Assembly: GCA_964460845.1 (NCBI GenBank)
Contig: CAYWRZ010000002.1
Span: 17,835 to 81,834, forward strand
Reading direction: 5' to 3'
DNA length: 64,000 nucleotides
From: an uncultured Weeksellaceae bacterium
GTDB lineage: Bacteria > Bacteroidota > Bacteroidia > Flavobacteriales_D > UBA2798
The translations under genes were made by a program, and so were the position numbers. Shown one piece after another: positions 47,480-55,494 of the stretch. Position 1 is the stretch's first letter; each line of letters starts with the position of its first letter. Below the pieces are notes generated by a model. The model searched no databases, was not told where the DNA came from, and worked only from the letters and a program-made list of their open reading frames with translations.

Positions 47480-48299
47480 ATGCCCCTATGCGAATCTTAT
47501 AGCGTGGCGCAAAGAAGGAAAGGGGGGCTTCCATTTCGAAATTATCCTTATCAGTTAAAGCTTTCTTTTTTCCGAGTGTATCAAAGTCGATAGGAATCCA
47601 GCTTGGCATTTCAGAATAAAGCCCATAGCTTACTGAAGGTTCACGTACTACGCGAAGCGATTCGGGGGGAGTGCTTACGTGTTCAAAAAGCGATAGAATA
47701 TACGCAGGAGAGCTTTTACTGTAGTTGCAAACCAGTTCGTGCCAGGGAATAGCGGGGCTGGGGTGTAGCGAATTAAAATGGGGAATTTTCAGTTTTTTCC
47801 GGAAAGGATAAGAAAATTCGTTCCGGATATGATAAGCGCTGACCAGCGAAATGCCATAAAGTGGCGTAAAAGGCCGGGCAGGGTAAAAATTGTAAAGCAG
47901 GTAAAGCGGGTAGCCCTTATGCGTTTCGGCATAGCGTATTAAAGCCTTGTTTTGTCCGGGATGCGCCATTTGCGGATAACGGCCGTTGCGGTACATGAGC
48001 TTGGCCTGCATAGGCAAGGTAACGAGTCCTTTGGGAGTGAGGATCTCAAATTCGATATCGTTGCCATTGGTTTTTTCGTCGCTGGCTTCGTACATAGCCA
48101 CAGGTACCCGGTAAAGCTGTGTGTACAGCGCAAACTGATAAATAATATTTTGGGTGAGGGTTGTTTCGAAAATTCGGAGTCCGGGCTGCCGATGCGCAAG
48201 CGCGATCCGGAACCAGGTTTCGGAAGCGAACAATTTAAACAAATTGCAGAGGGAAGGATCTTGCTGGAAACGTTGGGCCTGGGTCGGGTGTGAATACAT
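47478..48299 (-). CDS. hypothetical protein with PD-(D/E)xK-like motif (possibly the family I recall as DUF6615)
   Basis: 273 aa. The segment ...FETTLTQNIIYQF...YEASDEKTNGNDIEFEILTPKGLVTLPMQAKL...PLYLLYNF gives the E / D / QxK pattern of restriction-endonuclease-fold proteins. Confidence 0.55.
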   Translation of the reverse strand: MYSHPTQAQRFQQDPSLCNLFKLFASETWFRIALAHRQPGLRIFETTLTQNIIYQFALYTQLYRVPVAMYEASDEKTNGNDIEFEILTPKGLVTLPMQAKLMYRNGRYPQMAHPGQNKALIRYAETHKGYPLYLLYNFYPARPFTPLYGISLVSAYHIRNEFSYPFRKKLKIPHFNSLHPSPAIPWHELVCNYSKSSPAYILSLFEHVSTPPESLRVVREPSVSYGLYSEMPSWIPIDFDTLGKKKALTDKDNFEMEAPLSFFAPRYKIRIGA

Positions 48300-48505
48300 A
48301 AGAATAGATTATGGAATAAGACTGGGCAATTACTGTACCGGGATGGAAGTTTATTTACAACTTAACATAATATTAATTATAGAACAAAAGGGGATGCCGT
48401 ATAAGTTGATTTTGCTAACGTTTTATAGATGCAGTAAAAATTTTAGCCCAAGAGTTTCTTAATTAGGAAACCATAATTACTTTTTAACGAAAAAAGTAAA
48501 AAGAA

Positions 48506-48814
48506 ATGAAAACATATAGTTTAGAAGAACTGACCGATAAATACATCGGCAAAACAGAAACAAAGAAACGTGCCGAATTTGAAAATGAACTTCGTCTTGA
48601 TTTGTTAGGACAAGCCATTAAAAAGGCGCGACAAGAACGCAATCTTACGCAGGAAGAATTGGGTCAGCTTGTAGGTGTGAAAAAAGCACAAATCTCCAAA
48701 ATTGAAAACAGTGCTACCGATGCAAGACTTACAACAATATTAAAAGTATTTGAAGCATTGGGAGCAAAAGTAAATTTCAACGTAGAATTAGATAACGGAA
48801 AAGTAGCATACTAA
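48506..48814 (+). CDS. XRE-family HTH protein, HigA-antitoxin-like
   Basis: LGQAIKKARQERNLTQEELGQLVGVKKAQISKIENSATDARLTTILKVFEALGAKV. Low G+C: 19 of the first 60 nt, versus 29 of 60 at the guaB start. Confidence 0.85.
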   Translation: MKTYSLEELTDKYIGKTETKKRAEFENELRLDLLGQAIKKARQERNLTQEELGQLVGVKKAQISKIENSATDARLTTILKVFEALGAKVNFNVELDNGKVAY

Positions 48815-48857
48815 GCCATACGAAGAAATCAAGTTCGGTTTCAGATAGTCGCGCCCC

Positions 48858-49577
48858 TCACCTTCCCGCATTTTGATAAAGCAAAAACAGGCTGCTCATT
48901 ATGAGCACATCCTGTATAAAATGAATAAGCCAGGCCCAAAAGAAACCACGGGTTTCGTACATCGATTTTGCCAACACATATCCCAGCACGCCCGCCATTG
49001 CGATGCCGGTAATTCCGCTGGGCATTCCTGCAAAATGCGGGATGCCAAACAGCACGCCCGAAATCAAAAACAAGGTTCGCGGTGAAAGCAATCCGCTTAA
49101 AGGCGAAACGATGCCTAACCTGAAAATCATTTCTTCGCCAAAAGAATTACTCAGCGAAAACAGCAGTACCCAACAGATTCCCTGCGGTAAAGCGGCCCAG
49201 TCGGGATGAATAGCGCTGAGCTGAAAATAAAGGAATACGGCAGTTACCACGCTTATCACCACGCAAAGCGAAAGTCCGGTGTGAAGCCAGCTATCTCCTT
49301 TTTTGATACCGAATAGCCGAAGTTCCTGCCCGGGAGCCGAAAGCTGCCCGAACGAAAAATAGGTACGGAAATGCTGCCGGTTCAACAGGTAAGTGCTAAG
49401 TAACGAAAGGGCCGTAACGGGCAAGAGTAAAAGCTGATAGTTGAATTGACGCGTCAGATAACTGTTGTCGCTGATCGTAAAAACGGGATTTTCACTCCAT
49501 TTTACGAGTCCCAAAAGCAGGCCTGCAAAACCGAGGGTCAGGATAATCGGAAGTAGAATTTTGGGCCTTAAGGTCAT
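48858..49577 (-). CDS. CPBP-family (CAAX/Abi) intramembrane glutamic endopeptidase
   Basis: All three motifs are present: GEEMIFRLG (EExxxR), FGIPHF (FxxxH) and HFIQD (HxxxD). Confidence 0.8.
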   Translation of the reverse strand: MTLRPKILLPIILTLGFAGLLLGLVKWSENPVFTISDNSYLTRQFNYQLLLLPVTALSLLSTYLLNRQHFRTYFSFGQLSAPGQELRLFGIKKGDSWLHTGLSLCVVISVVTAVFLYFQLSAIHPDWAALPQGICWVLLFSLSNSFGEEMIFRLGIVSPLSGLLSPRTLFLISGVLFGIPHFAGMPSGITGIAMAGVLGYVLAKSMYETRGFFWAWLIHFIQDVLIMSSLFLLYQNAGR

Positions 49578-49716
49578 GTACCGGGTAGCTGCGATTTTTC
49601 AGATAAGGCATTAGCGGCATTTGGCAGACAGGTCGTGCCTGCCGAATTGTGCTAAGAGAATGCGGTTAAAAGTAGAAAAGTTGAATTAAGTCGGCGTTAA
49701 TCAAGGGTTATGCTTG

Positions 49717-50046
49717 TTATACATAGCCATTCTCTTCGTTCCGCCCGGTAATGGCACAGCTCCAGTGCGGATACGCATCGGCCTTTTCTTTGTTGTTCTC
49801 CCATTGTAAGGGCTGCAGGTTGGCCACTATATCCTGACCGCCTTTTTCTGTAGGTTTGATGTGATCAATTTCCCAACCCATCGATGCGGCTTCCTGAACG
49901 CCGTAAAGACTTTTTCTAATCCAGGCTCCGCAACCGTCCTGTCGCAATTCTTCGGGATCATAGCCGGGTACGATTCGCCCTTTTTCCCATACTTTATCAA
50001 TAATATCAGGCGTAAACGGCTCGTGCATACGCGTGATGTTCCTCAT
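49717..50046 (-). CDS. small HNH endonuclease
   Basis: DGCGAWIRKSLYG...GWEIDHIKPTEKGGQDIVANLQPLQWENNKEK. I chose ATG 50046 because it forms an ATGA overlap with the upstream stop. An alternative ATG exists at 50079. Confidence 0.8.
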   Translation of the reverse strand: MRNITRMHEPFTPDIIDKVWEKGRIVPGYDPEELRQDGCGAWIRKSLYGVQEAASMGWEIDHIKPTEKGGQDIVANLQPLQWENNKEKADAYPHWSCAITGRNEENGYV

Positions 50047-50276
50047 TTTTTGCCGAGATTTTTCGGTTGGAAATCCCATTTCAGGTATTTTTCAACTTCT
50101 GTAGCCTTATTTCCTACTGCAATTACCGCACAGCGAAGCTCCTTTTCGGTACATTGAAATTCGCGGGTCCAAAATGCAATCTGATCCGGTTGAAAAATAT
50201 TGATTTTCAATCCCATTCCCCCCTGTTTCCGGTACTGTGACGAGACTATTTGCATCTGTGTTCGGATAGAACTCAA
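50043..50276 (-). CDS. DUF3606-like small protein
   Basis: KINIFQPDQIAFWTREFQCTEKELRCAVIAVGNKATEVEKYLK matches my memory of DUF3606 (INV..xE..YW...fgvs..eL..AV..VG). The start is uncertain; M1, M8 and M21 are all possible. Confidence 0.6.
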   Translation of the reverse strand: MSSIRTQMQIVSSQYRKQGGMGLKINIFQPDQIAFWTREFQCTEKELRCAVIAVGNKATEVEKYLKWDFQPKNLGKK

Positions 50277-50525
50277 AGTTCAGGTCGGTGACCTTTAAAA
50301 ACAACCGTACTATCACCCCTCTTTTTACCCCCGTAGTAATACCCCATTTATAGGGTGTTTATAACGGTTCTTCATTTCGTGGTTTTTTGCCCTAAATATT
50401 GTTGTACAATCACTTGTAAAAAAACAGATAAAAACACCCTAATGTATTGCCAAAAACGATTTAGATCGATAGGATACTTTTAGTTCCAATTAATTGTATC
50501 ACTAACTCTTAAACACTGTTTTATT

Positions 50526-50840
50526 ATGGCACTTACCGGAAACGAAGCGGAAGAATTCCCCCTTACTACCGCTGCAGAATGGACTCTTAATTACAGACAG
50601 GAAAATCCCGACCAAAAAATTGCGCACTTTTTCGGAAGTCGCATAATTTTGCGCATATTAGGGCAGCCGGATTGCGTGGGACTCCGAATTTACTATGCGC
50701 TCGATGAGAACGACGAACAGCAGCTCATCCTCGTAGGTGTAGATGAAGAAGGTGATGACCTCTATCAGGGCATTATCGGAGAGCGCTCACTGCCTTGCCC
50801 CGATATGTGCGGTGGAGGAAACCCGCTCAACAGACCGTAA
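50526..50840 (+). CDS. hypothetical 104-aa cytoplasmic protein with C-terminal CPxxC
   Basis: ATG start, no signal peptide. GLRIYYALDENDEQQLILVGVDEEGDDL...LPCPDMCGGGNPLN. It is the first gene of the two-component unit. Confidence 0.55.
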   Translation: MALTGNEAEEFPLTTAAEWTLNYRQENPDQKIAHFFGSRIILRILGQPDCVGLRIYYALDENDEQQLILVGVDEEGDDLYQGIIGERSLPCPDMCGGGNPLNRP

Positions 50841-50847
50841 TGCTGAA

Positions 50848-51498
50848 GTGAATGAATATTATTATATTTTCTTGGTAATCGGACAGGTTTCAGCCCTGTC
50901 TGTGATACCCCCGCTTCTTGCAGGTTTATTTCATATAAGAGCTTTAACCCCACGGTTAAAGCTCTTATTCATTTTGTTAGTGTTCGGTGCGCTTACCGAA
51001 TTTTTGGGCTACTGGCTGGGAAGCCACCGAATTAATAACTACCCGATTTTTAATCTTTATACGATTGTCGAATTTTTTCTCCTGACCGGCATTTATTACC
51101 TGAGCTTTACCGACCGGTTTACACGCCGCCTGCTGCAAATATTGGGGCTCGTTTTTCTGCTTTTTGCCCTTGCCGACCTTTGGCTGATTGAGGGATTATT
51201 CAAGCTCAACAGCTATACCCTGGCGCTCGAAGCGCTTATTCTAATGCCCTTGTCTTTGCTGTTTTTTATACGTATCAACCGCGAACTAAGGGTGCCCGTG
51301 CTGACCCGTTATCCCATGTTTTGGATTAACTCAGGTGTGCTGATTTATTTTTCCGGAAACCTGTTTCTTTTTATATTCAGCAACGCGTTATTGACATACG
51401 GGCTTAATCTTTACGAATCCTGGATAATCCATTCTATGTTGAATACCGTATCACATCTGATTTATACCGTCGCACTATGGAACAGCAGGTACCGGTAA
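50848..51498 (+). CDS. 7-TM membrane protein (candidate detached sensor module)
   Basis: Seven hydrophobic segments counted by eye. I prefer GTG 50848, 7 nt after the upstream stop, over ATG 50743, which would overlap the upstream gene by 98 nt. Confidence 0.6.
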   Translation: MNEYYYIFLVIGQVSALSVIPPLLAGLFHIRALTPRLKLLFILLVFGALTEFLGYWLGSHRINNYPIFNLYTIVEFFLLTGIYYLSFTDRFTRRLLQILGLVFLLFALADLWLIEGLFKLNSYTLALEALILMPLSLLFFIRINRELRVPVLTRYPMFWINSGVLIYFSGNLFLFIFSNALLTYGLNLYESWIIHSMLNTVSHLIYTVALWNSRYR

Positions 51499-52292
51499 AT
51501 ATTCCTTTTATTATTCTGCTCGGCGGACTCGGTATGCTCGTGCTTTCGCTGGGTATTATTTTGATGGTGATTATTTATCAGAAACGTATGCTGCGTCAGC
51601 AAAATGCGCTACAGGCTGCCGAAACTCAATATCAGCAGGAACTGCTCAAAGCGACTATCGACTCTCAGGAAAACGAACGTGAGCGTATCGCCAAAAACCT
51701 GCACGACGATGTGGGTGCGCTGCTTAGTGCCGTAAGGCTCAACCTGGGCCGTCTTTCGCTCAGAACCAAACAGGAAAGCGATTTGCCGGTACTTATCCGT
51801 GAAACCGACGGACTGATCGACAATGTGCTCGAAAATATCCGCTCCATTTCCAGCGATTTGGTGCCCCCCGTACTCGAACGCTTCGGGCTGGCGGTCAGCC
51901 TCCGTAATCTTTGCTTGCAGCTCAATACTTCGGGACTTATTCATACCGAAGTGCAGCTTGAAGGTGAAGAATATCGTTTACCCCGTAAAGCAGAGCTTCA
52001 GTTGTTTCGCATCACCAAAGAAGTGGTCAACAATACGCTCAAACATTCGGGCGCTTCGCACATCGAAATTATGCTCCAGCATTCGCCCGGTAACCTGCAG
52101 ATTTGTATTTCTCATAATGGGAAAGGACTTACGCACGCACAGGCTTTGCTGCTGCTTGAAACTCAAAAAGGGCTCGGACTGAAAAGTATAGAAAGCCGGG
52201 CACGTTCCATTCAGGCGCTAATCCAGTATATTTATATCGATGCACAACATTCTAAAGTGCTTATAACTCTTCCGGTAGATGAAAAAAATTAA
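51477..52292 (+). CDS. NarL-class sensor histidine kinase (HisKA_3 plus HATPase) with a single TM and no sensory domain
   Basis: One TM (FIILLGGLGMLVLSLGIILMVII). H box ERERIAKNLHDDVGALLS. N box KEVVNNTLKHSGA. G-box-like NGKGL. It overlaps the upstream ORF by 22 nt. Confidence 0.85.
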   Translation: MEQQVPVNIPFIILLGGLGMLVLSLGIILMVIIYQKRMLRQQNALQAAETQYQQELLKATIDSQENERERIAKNLHDDVGALLSAVRLNLGRLSLRTKQESDLPVLIRETDGLIDNVLENIRSISSDLVPPVLERFGLAVSLRNLCLQLNTSGLIHTEVQLEGEEYRLPRKAELQLFRITKEVVNNTLKHSGASHIEIMLQHSPGNLQICISHNGKGLTHAQALLLLETQKGLGLKSIESRARSIQALIQYIYIDAQHSKVLITLPVDEKN

Positions 52293-52938
52293 GCTGGCGG
52301 TAGCCGATGACCAGTTTCTGTTTCGCAAAGGATTAATCGCGCTTTTAGCGGAACACGAAGAGTTCAGGGTCTTAATAGATGCCGAAAACGGGAAAGATCT
52401 CCTCGACCAAATGGAGAAAAAAAAGCCCGATATTGTATTGCTTGACCTCGAAATGCCGGTAATGGACGGTATCGAAGTGACCAGTCATATAAAGCACCAT
52501 TATCCCGATGTGCGGGTTATTGTGCTCACTATGCACAACAGCGAAGAATATATTGTGCACCTGATAGAAAAAGGCGCCCGGGGCTTTTTGCTTAAAAACA
52601 CCGATGTCGAAGTGCTGGTCGATGCCATTTATTCGGTAAAAGAAACAGGCTATTATTTTAACGACCTTATATCTAAAGCTATGGTAACCGGTTTAGCACG
52701 CAAAAAAAGGATCAAACCCGATTTTCGCCCGGTAAAACTGACCGAACGGGAAATCGAAATCGTAAGGCTTATCTGTAAAGAACTCAGTAACCGAGAGATG
52801 GCAGAGAAGCTGTTTATCAGTCTGCGTACCATAGAAGGCCACCGCGAACGTATTCTTGAAAAAACCGGCGCGCGTAATGCGGCGGGAATTGTGCTGTTTG
52901 CCGTTAAAAATAACCTGCTCGAAGACGAGCTTCTTTAA
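52279..52938 (+). CDS. LuxR/NarL-family response regulator
   Basis: REC domain (VADDQ...DIVLLDLEMPVMDG). HTH LTEREIEIVRLICKELSNREMAEKLFISLRTIEGHR. It overlaps the kinase gene by 14 nt. Confidence 0.9.
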   Translation: MKKIKLAVADDQFLFRKGLIALLAEHEEFRVLIDAENGKDLLDQMEKKKPDIVLLDLEMPVMDGIEVTSHIKHHYPDVRVIVLTMHNSEEYIVHLIEKGARGFLLKNTDVEVLVDAIYSVKETGYYFNDLISKAMVTGLARKKRIKPDFRPVKLTEREIEIVRLICKELSNREMAEKLFISLRTIEGHRERILEKTGARNAAGIVLFAVKNNLLEDELL

Positions 52939-52941
52939 GGC

Positions 52942-55362
52942 TTATTCTGCCTCTTCGGGCTGCACTTCCTCGATCGGTAAAGGAGTTTCGGGCAGCATCG
53001 GAATGCTGTCGGTACGCAGGCTATCGATGATCGGCGCAAAAGTACGGCAGTTATGAGCTTTTGTAATCGGTATCGAAGGTTCGGGAAATTTTCCTTTGCG
53101 AAGCTTTAAGGCAGGATCGGCATACAGCATATCCATGTATCGGCCATAAATGGGTAAAGCAGTACGGGCTCCCTCGCCCGTTTCGGAAGTGCGGAAACGA
53201 ATCCGGTTATCGTCGGCACCTACCCAAACCCCGGTAATGTACTCGGCCGTTACCCCGATGTACCAGCCGTCTGAATAATTGGACGAAGTGCCCGTTTTTC
53301 CGCCTACTTCATTATGATGCACAAAGTTAAATTCCCACAAGGCCTGCGAGGTACCCCCCGGCTCTTCCATTCCGCCCCGTAACATGTAAGTCATCAGCCA
53401 AGCGGTTTCGGGATCCAATGCCCGGTTGACTTCAGGTAAAAAGACGGCTACTACTTTTCCGCTGCGGTCGGTGATATGGCTTACGTAATAAGGTTCGGTG
53501 TGCAAGCCCTTGTTCATAAAGGTGCCGTAAGCGCCCACCAGCTCGAGCAGGGTTACGTCGTTAGACCCCAACCCTATCGAAGGCACTTCTTTCAGCGCAC
53601 TCTTAATCCCCATTTTCCGGGCGGTACGCGCTACTTCTGCCCAGCCTGTTTTTTCAGTAAGGCGCGCCGTAACGGTATTCACCGATTTACCCATAGCATG
53701 ACGCAACGTAAGCATAGCTCCCGTATTGACCCAGTCCGAATTGCGGGGTGTCCAGCTTTTTTGTTCTCCCTTTTCGGTATAGCGTATGGTTACCGGCAAA
53801 TCGGGCAGCCTGTCGCAAGGCCCCCAGCCCTGTTCAAAAGCGGTGGCATATACGAAAGGCTTAAACGTAGATCCCGGCTGATTCAACGCTACGCTCACGT
53901 GATCGTACTTGAAGAAATTGTAATCGATGCCGCCGATATACGCTTTCACCTTACCTGTATAAGGATCTAAGGTCACCATTCCGCATTGCAGCAGCGTCAG
54001 GTAGTGCTTTATACTGTCGAGCGAGCTGTATTCTACTTCTTTCTCTCCGTTCCAGGTGAAAATTTTCATGGGCTTGCGCACGTGAAGCGATTCGAATATC
54101 TGTTTTTCGTCGCCCTTGTATTGCCTGGAACGATTCTTCCAGGCGGGCGATGCACGTACCACTTCCATCAGAAATCCTTCGGGATTGGAAGCCGTAGCGG
54201 TAATGGTCCAGGGCGCGCGGCCGGCCCAGTGGGATTCAAAACGCTGCTGTATCTGCCTCATCTGCAAGGCCATCGCTTTTTCGGCATGCGCCTGCATACG
54301 GGAATCGAGCGTGGTGTGAATGATCAGTCCGTCGGTATAAATATTATACCCCGTTTCTTTCTGCCATTTTTCGAGCGAACGGGCTACTGCCGTGCGGAAA
54401 TAAGGTGCTATCCCGGCCGTGTACGAATATTCGCGGTAACGGATTCCCAGTGGTTCGGCCACATAAGCCGAATGTGCCTCGCTCGTGATTTTGCCGTAGC
54501 GCAGTAATTGCCCCAATACCACGTCGCGCCGGGTTTTACAGCGTTCGGGGTGGCGCAGCGGACTGTAATAAGAAGGTGCTTTCAACATTCCGACCAAAGT
54601 AGCCGATTGGGGTACCGTAAGTGCAGAAGGAGCTACCCCGAAATACGTTTCGGCGGCTACTTTTATCCCGAAAGTATTGTGTCCGAAATCGACCGTATTC
54701 AGGTAGAGGGTCAGAATTTCTTCTTTGGTATAAAATAGTTCCAGCTTTACGGCCGTGATCCATTCTTTCGACTTGACCACCAGCGTACGTATTCCCGGAA
54801 CGGAAGCCAGTAATCCTTGCGAATGGCGTCGCCGGGTCTTAAACAGGTTTTTAGCCAACTGCTGACTAAGGGTGCTGCCTCCCCTTTTTTCGCCCCGCGT
54901 GGTAGCAATCAGTGCCGCAGCGGTGCCCTGAATGTCAATACCGTAATGCTTGTAAAAACGTGCGTCTTCGGTTACGATGAGCGCGTCGATAAGCTGCGGA
55001 TTCAGCTCGGCATATTCTACCGGCTCGCGGTTTTCCTTGAAAAACTTGCCCAGGAGCAGGCCGTCGGCCGAATAAATTTCTGACGCCATCGGTAAATCGG
55101 GATTCGAAACTTTATTGATACTGGGCATGGTACCGAACAGCCAAAGGAAATTAAGCTCTATAGCCAGCACCAGCAAAAAAACGGTAAGCAGAAAAGAATA
55201 GATCAGCGACAAGGGTTTTAGGTACCAGCGTTTGCGCCGGAAACGCCTGAAATTATAGACGCTGTGCCGGAACAAAAAGCGGAAAATTCGCCGTGCCAAT
55301 CGGCAGACAAGTATCAGATAACGGTAGATAAGCCTTATGTAGGCGTAGAATACGTATTTCAC
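52942..55362 (-). CDS. penicillin-binding protein 1A (bifunctional transglycosylase/transpeptidase)
   Basis: GT51 motifs TEDARFYKHYGID and GGSTLSQQLAKN. Transpeptidase motifs STFKP, SVN and KTGT. There is no in-frame ATG before the TM anchor; the longest start is GTG 55362. Confidence 0.9.
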   Translation of the reverse strand: MKYVFYAYIRLIYRYLILVCRLARRIFRFLFRHSVYNFRRFRRKRWYLKPLSLIYSFLLTVFLLVLAIELNFLWLFGTMPSINKVSNPDLPMASEIYSADGLLLGKFFKENREPVEYAELNPQLIDALIVTEDARFYKHYGIDIQGTAAALIATTRGEKRGGSTLSQQLAKNLFKTRRRHSQGLLASVPGIRTLVVKSKEWITAVKLELFYTKEEILTLYLNTVDFGHNTFGIKVAAETYFGVAPSALTVPQSATLVGMLKAPSYYSPLRHPERCKTRRDVVLGQLLRYGKITSEAHSAYVAEPLGIRYREYSYTAGIAPYFRTAVARSLEKWQKETGYNIYTDGLIIHTTLDSRMQAHAEKAMALQMRQIQQRFESHWAGRAPWTITATASNPEGFLMEVVRASPAWKNRSRQYKGDEKQIFESLHVRKPMKIFTWNGEKEVEYSSLDSIKHYLTLLQCGMVTLDPYTGKVKAYIGGIDYNFFKYDHVSVALNQPGSTFKPFVYATAFEQGWGPCDRLPDLPVTIRYTEKGEQKSWTPRNSDWVNTGAMLTLRHAMGKSVNTVTARLTEKTGWAEVARTARKMGIKSALKEVPSIGLGSNDVTLLELVGAYGTFMNKGLHTEPYYVSHITDRSGKVVAVFLPEVNRALDPETAWLMTYMLRGGMEEPGGTSQALWEFNFVHHNEVGGKTGTSSNYSDGWYIGVTAEYITGVWVGADDNRIRFRTSETGEGARTALPIYGRYMDMLYADPALKLRKGKFPEPSIPITKAHNCRTFAPIIDSLRTDSIPMLPETPLPIEEVQPEEAE

Positions 55363-55494
55363 CGGGAGCGATTAAAAATCAAAGTTGATGATTTTTTCGG
55401 CAGCAAAACAAGAGAAAGTACCTTCGACCCGAATCTTTCTGCTGTTCCGCATATCAATTTAAAATCCTTATTTTGTACATCGGATTGGCTTCCC

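Noticed and set aside
48154-48462. 102-aa ORF upstream of the XRE gene. The stretch YGIRLGNY...NIILIIEQKG vaguely recalls the RelE/ParE YRIRVGDYR...I.I..HRK motif.
   Set aside because: Its first half is antisense to the N-terminus of the 273-aa gene. The similarity is a few residues only, and the catalytic-region spacing does not fit. I treat it as chance and mention it only as something a profile search could re-test.
55264-55494. GTG-initiated 77-residue extension of the BamA/TamA-like gene
   Set aside because: It would overlap the divergent PBP1A coding region and place the signal peptide 77 residues inside the protein. TTG 55495 gives a proper N-terminal signal peptide.
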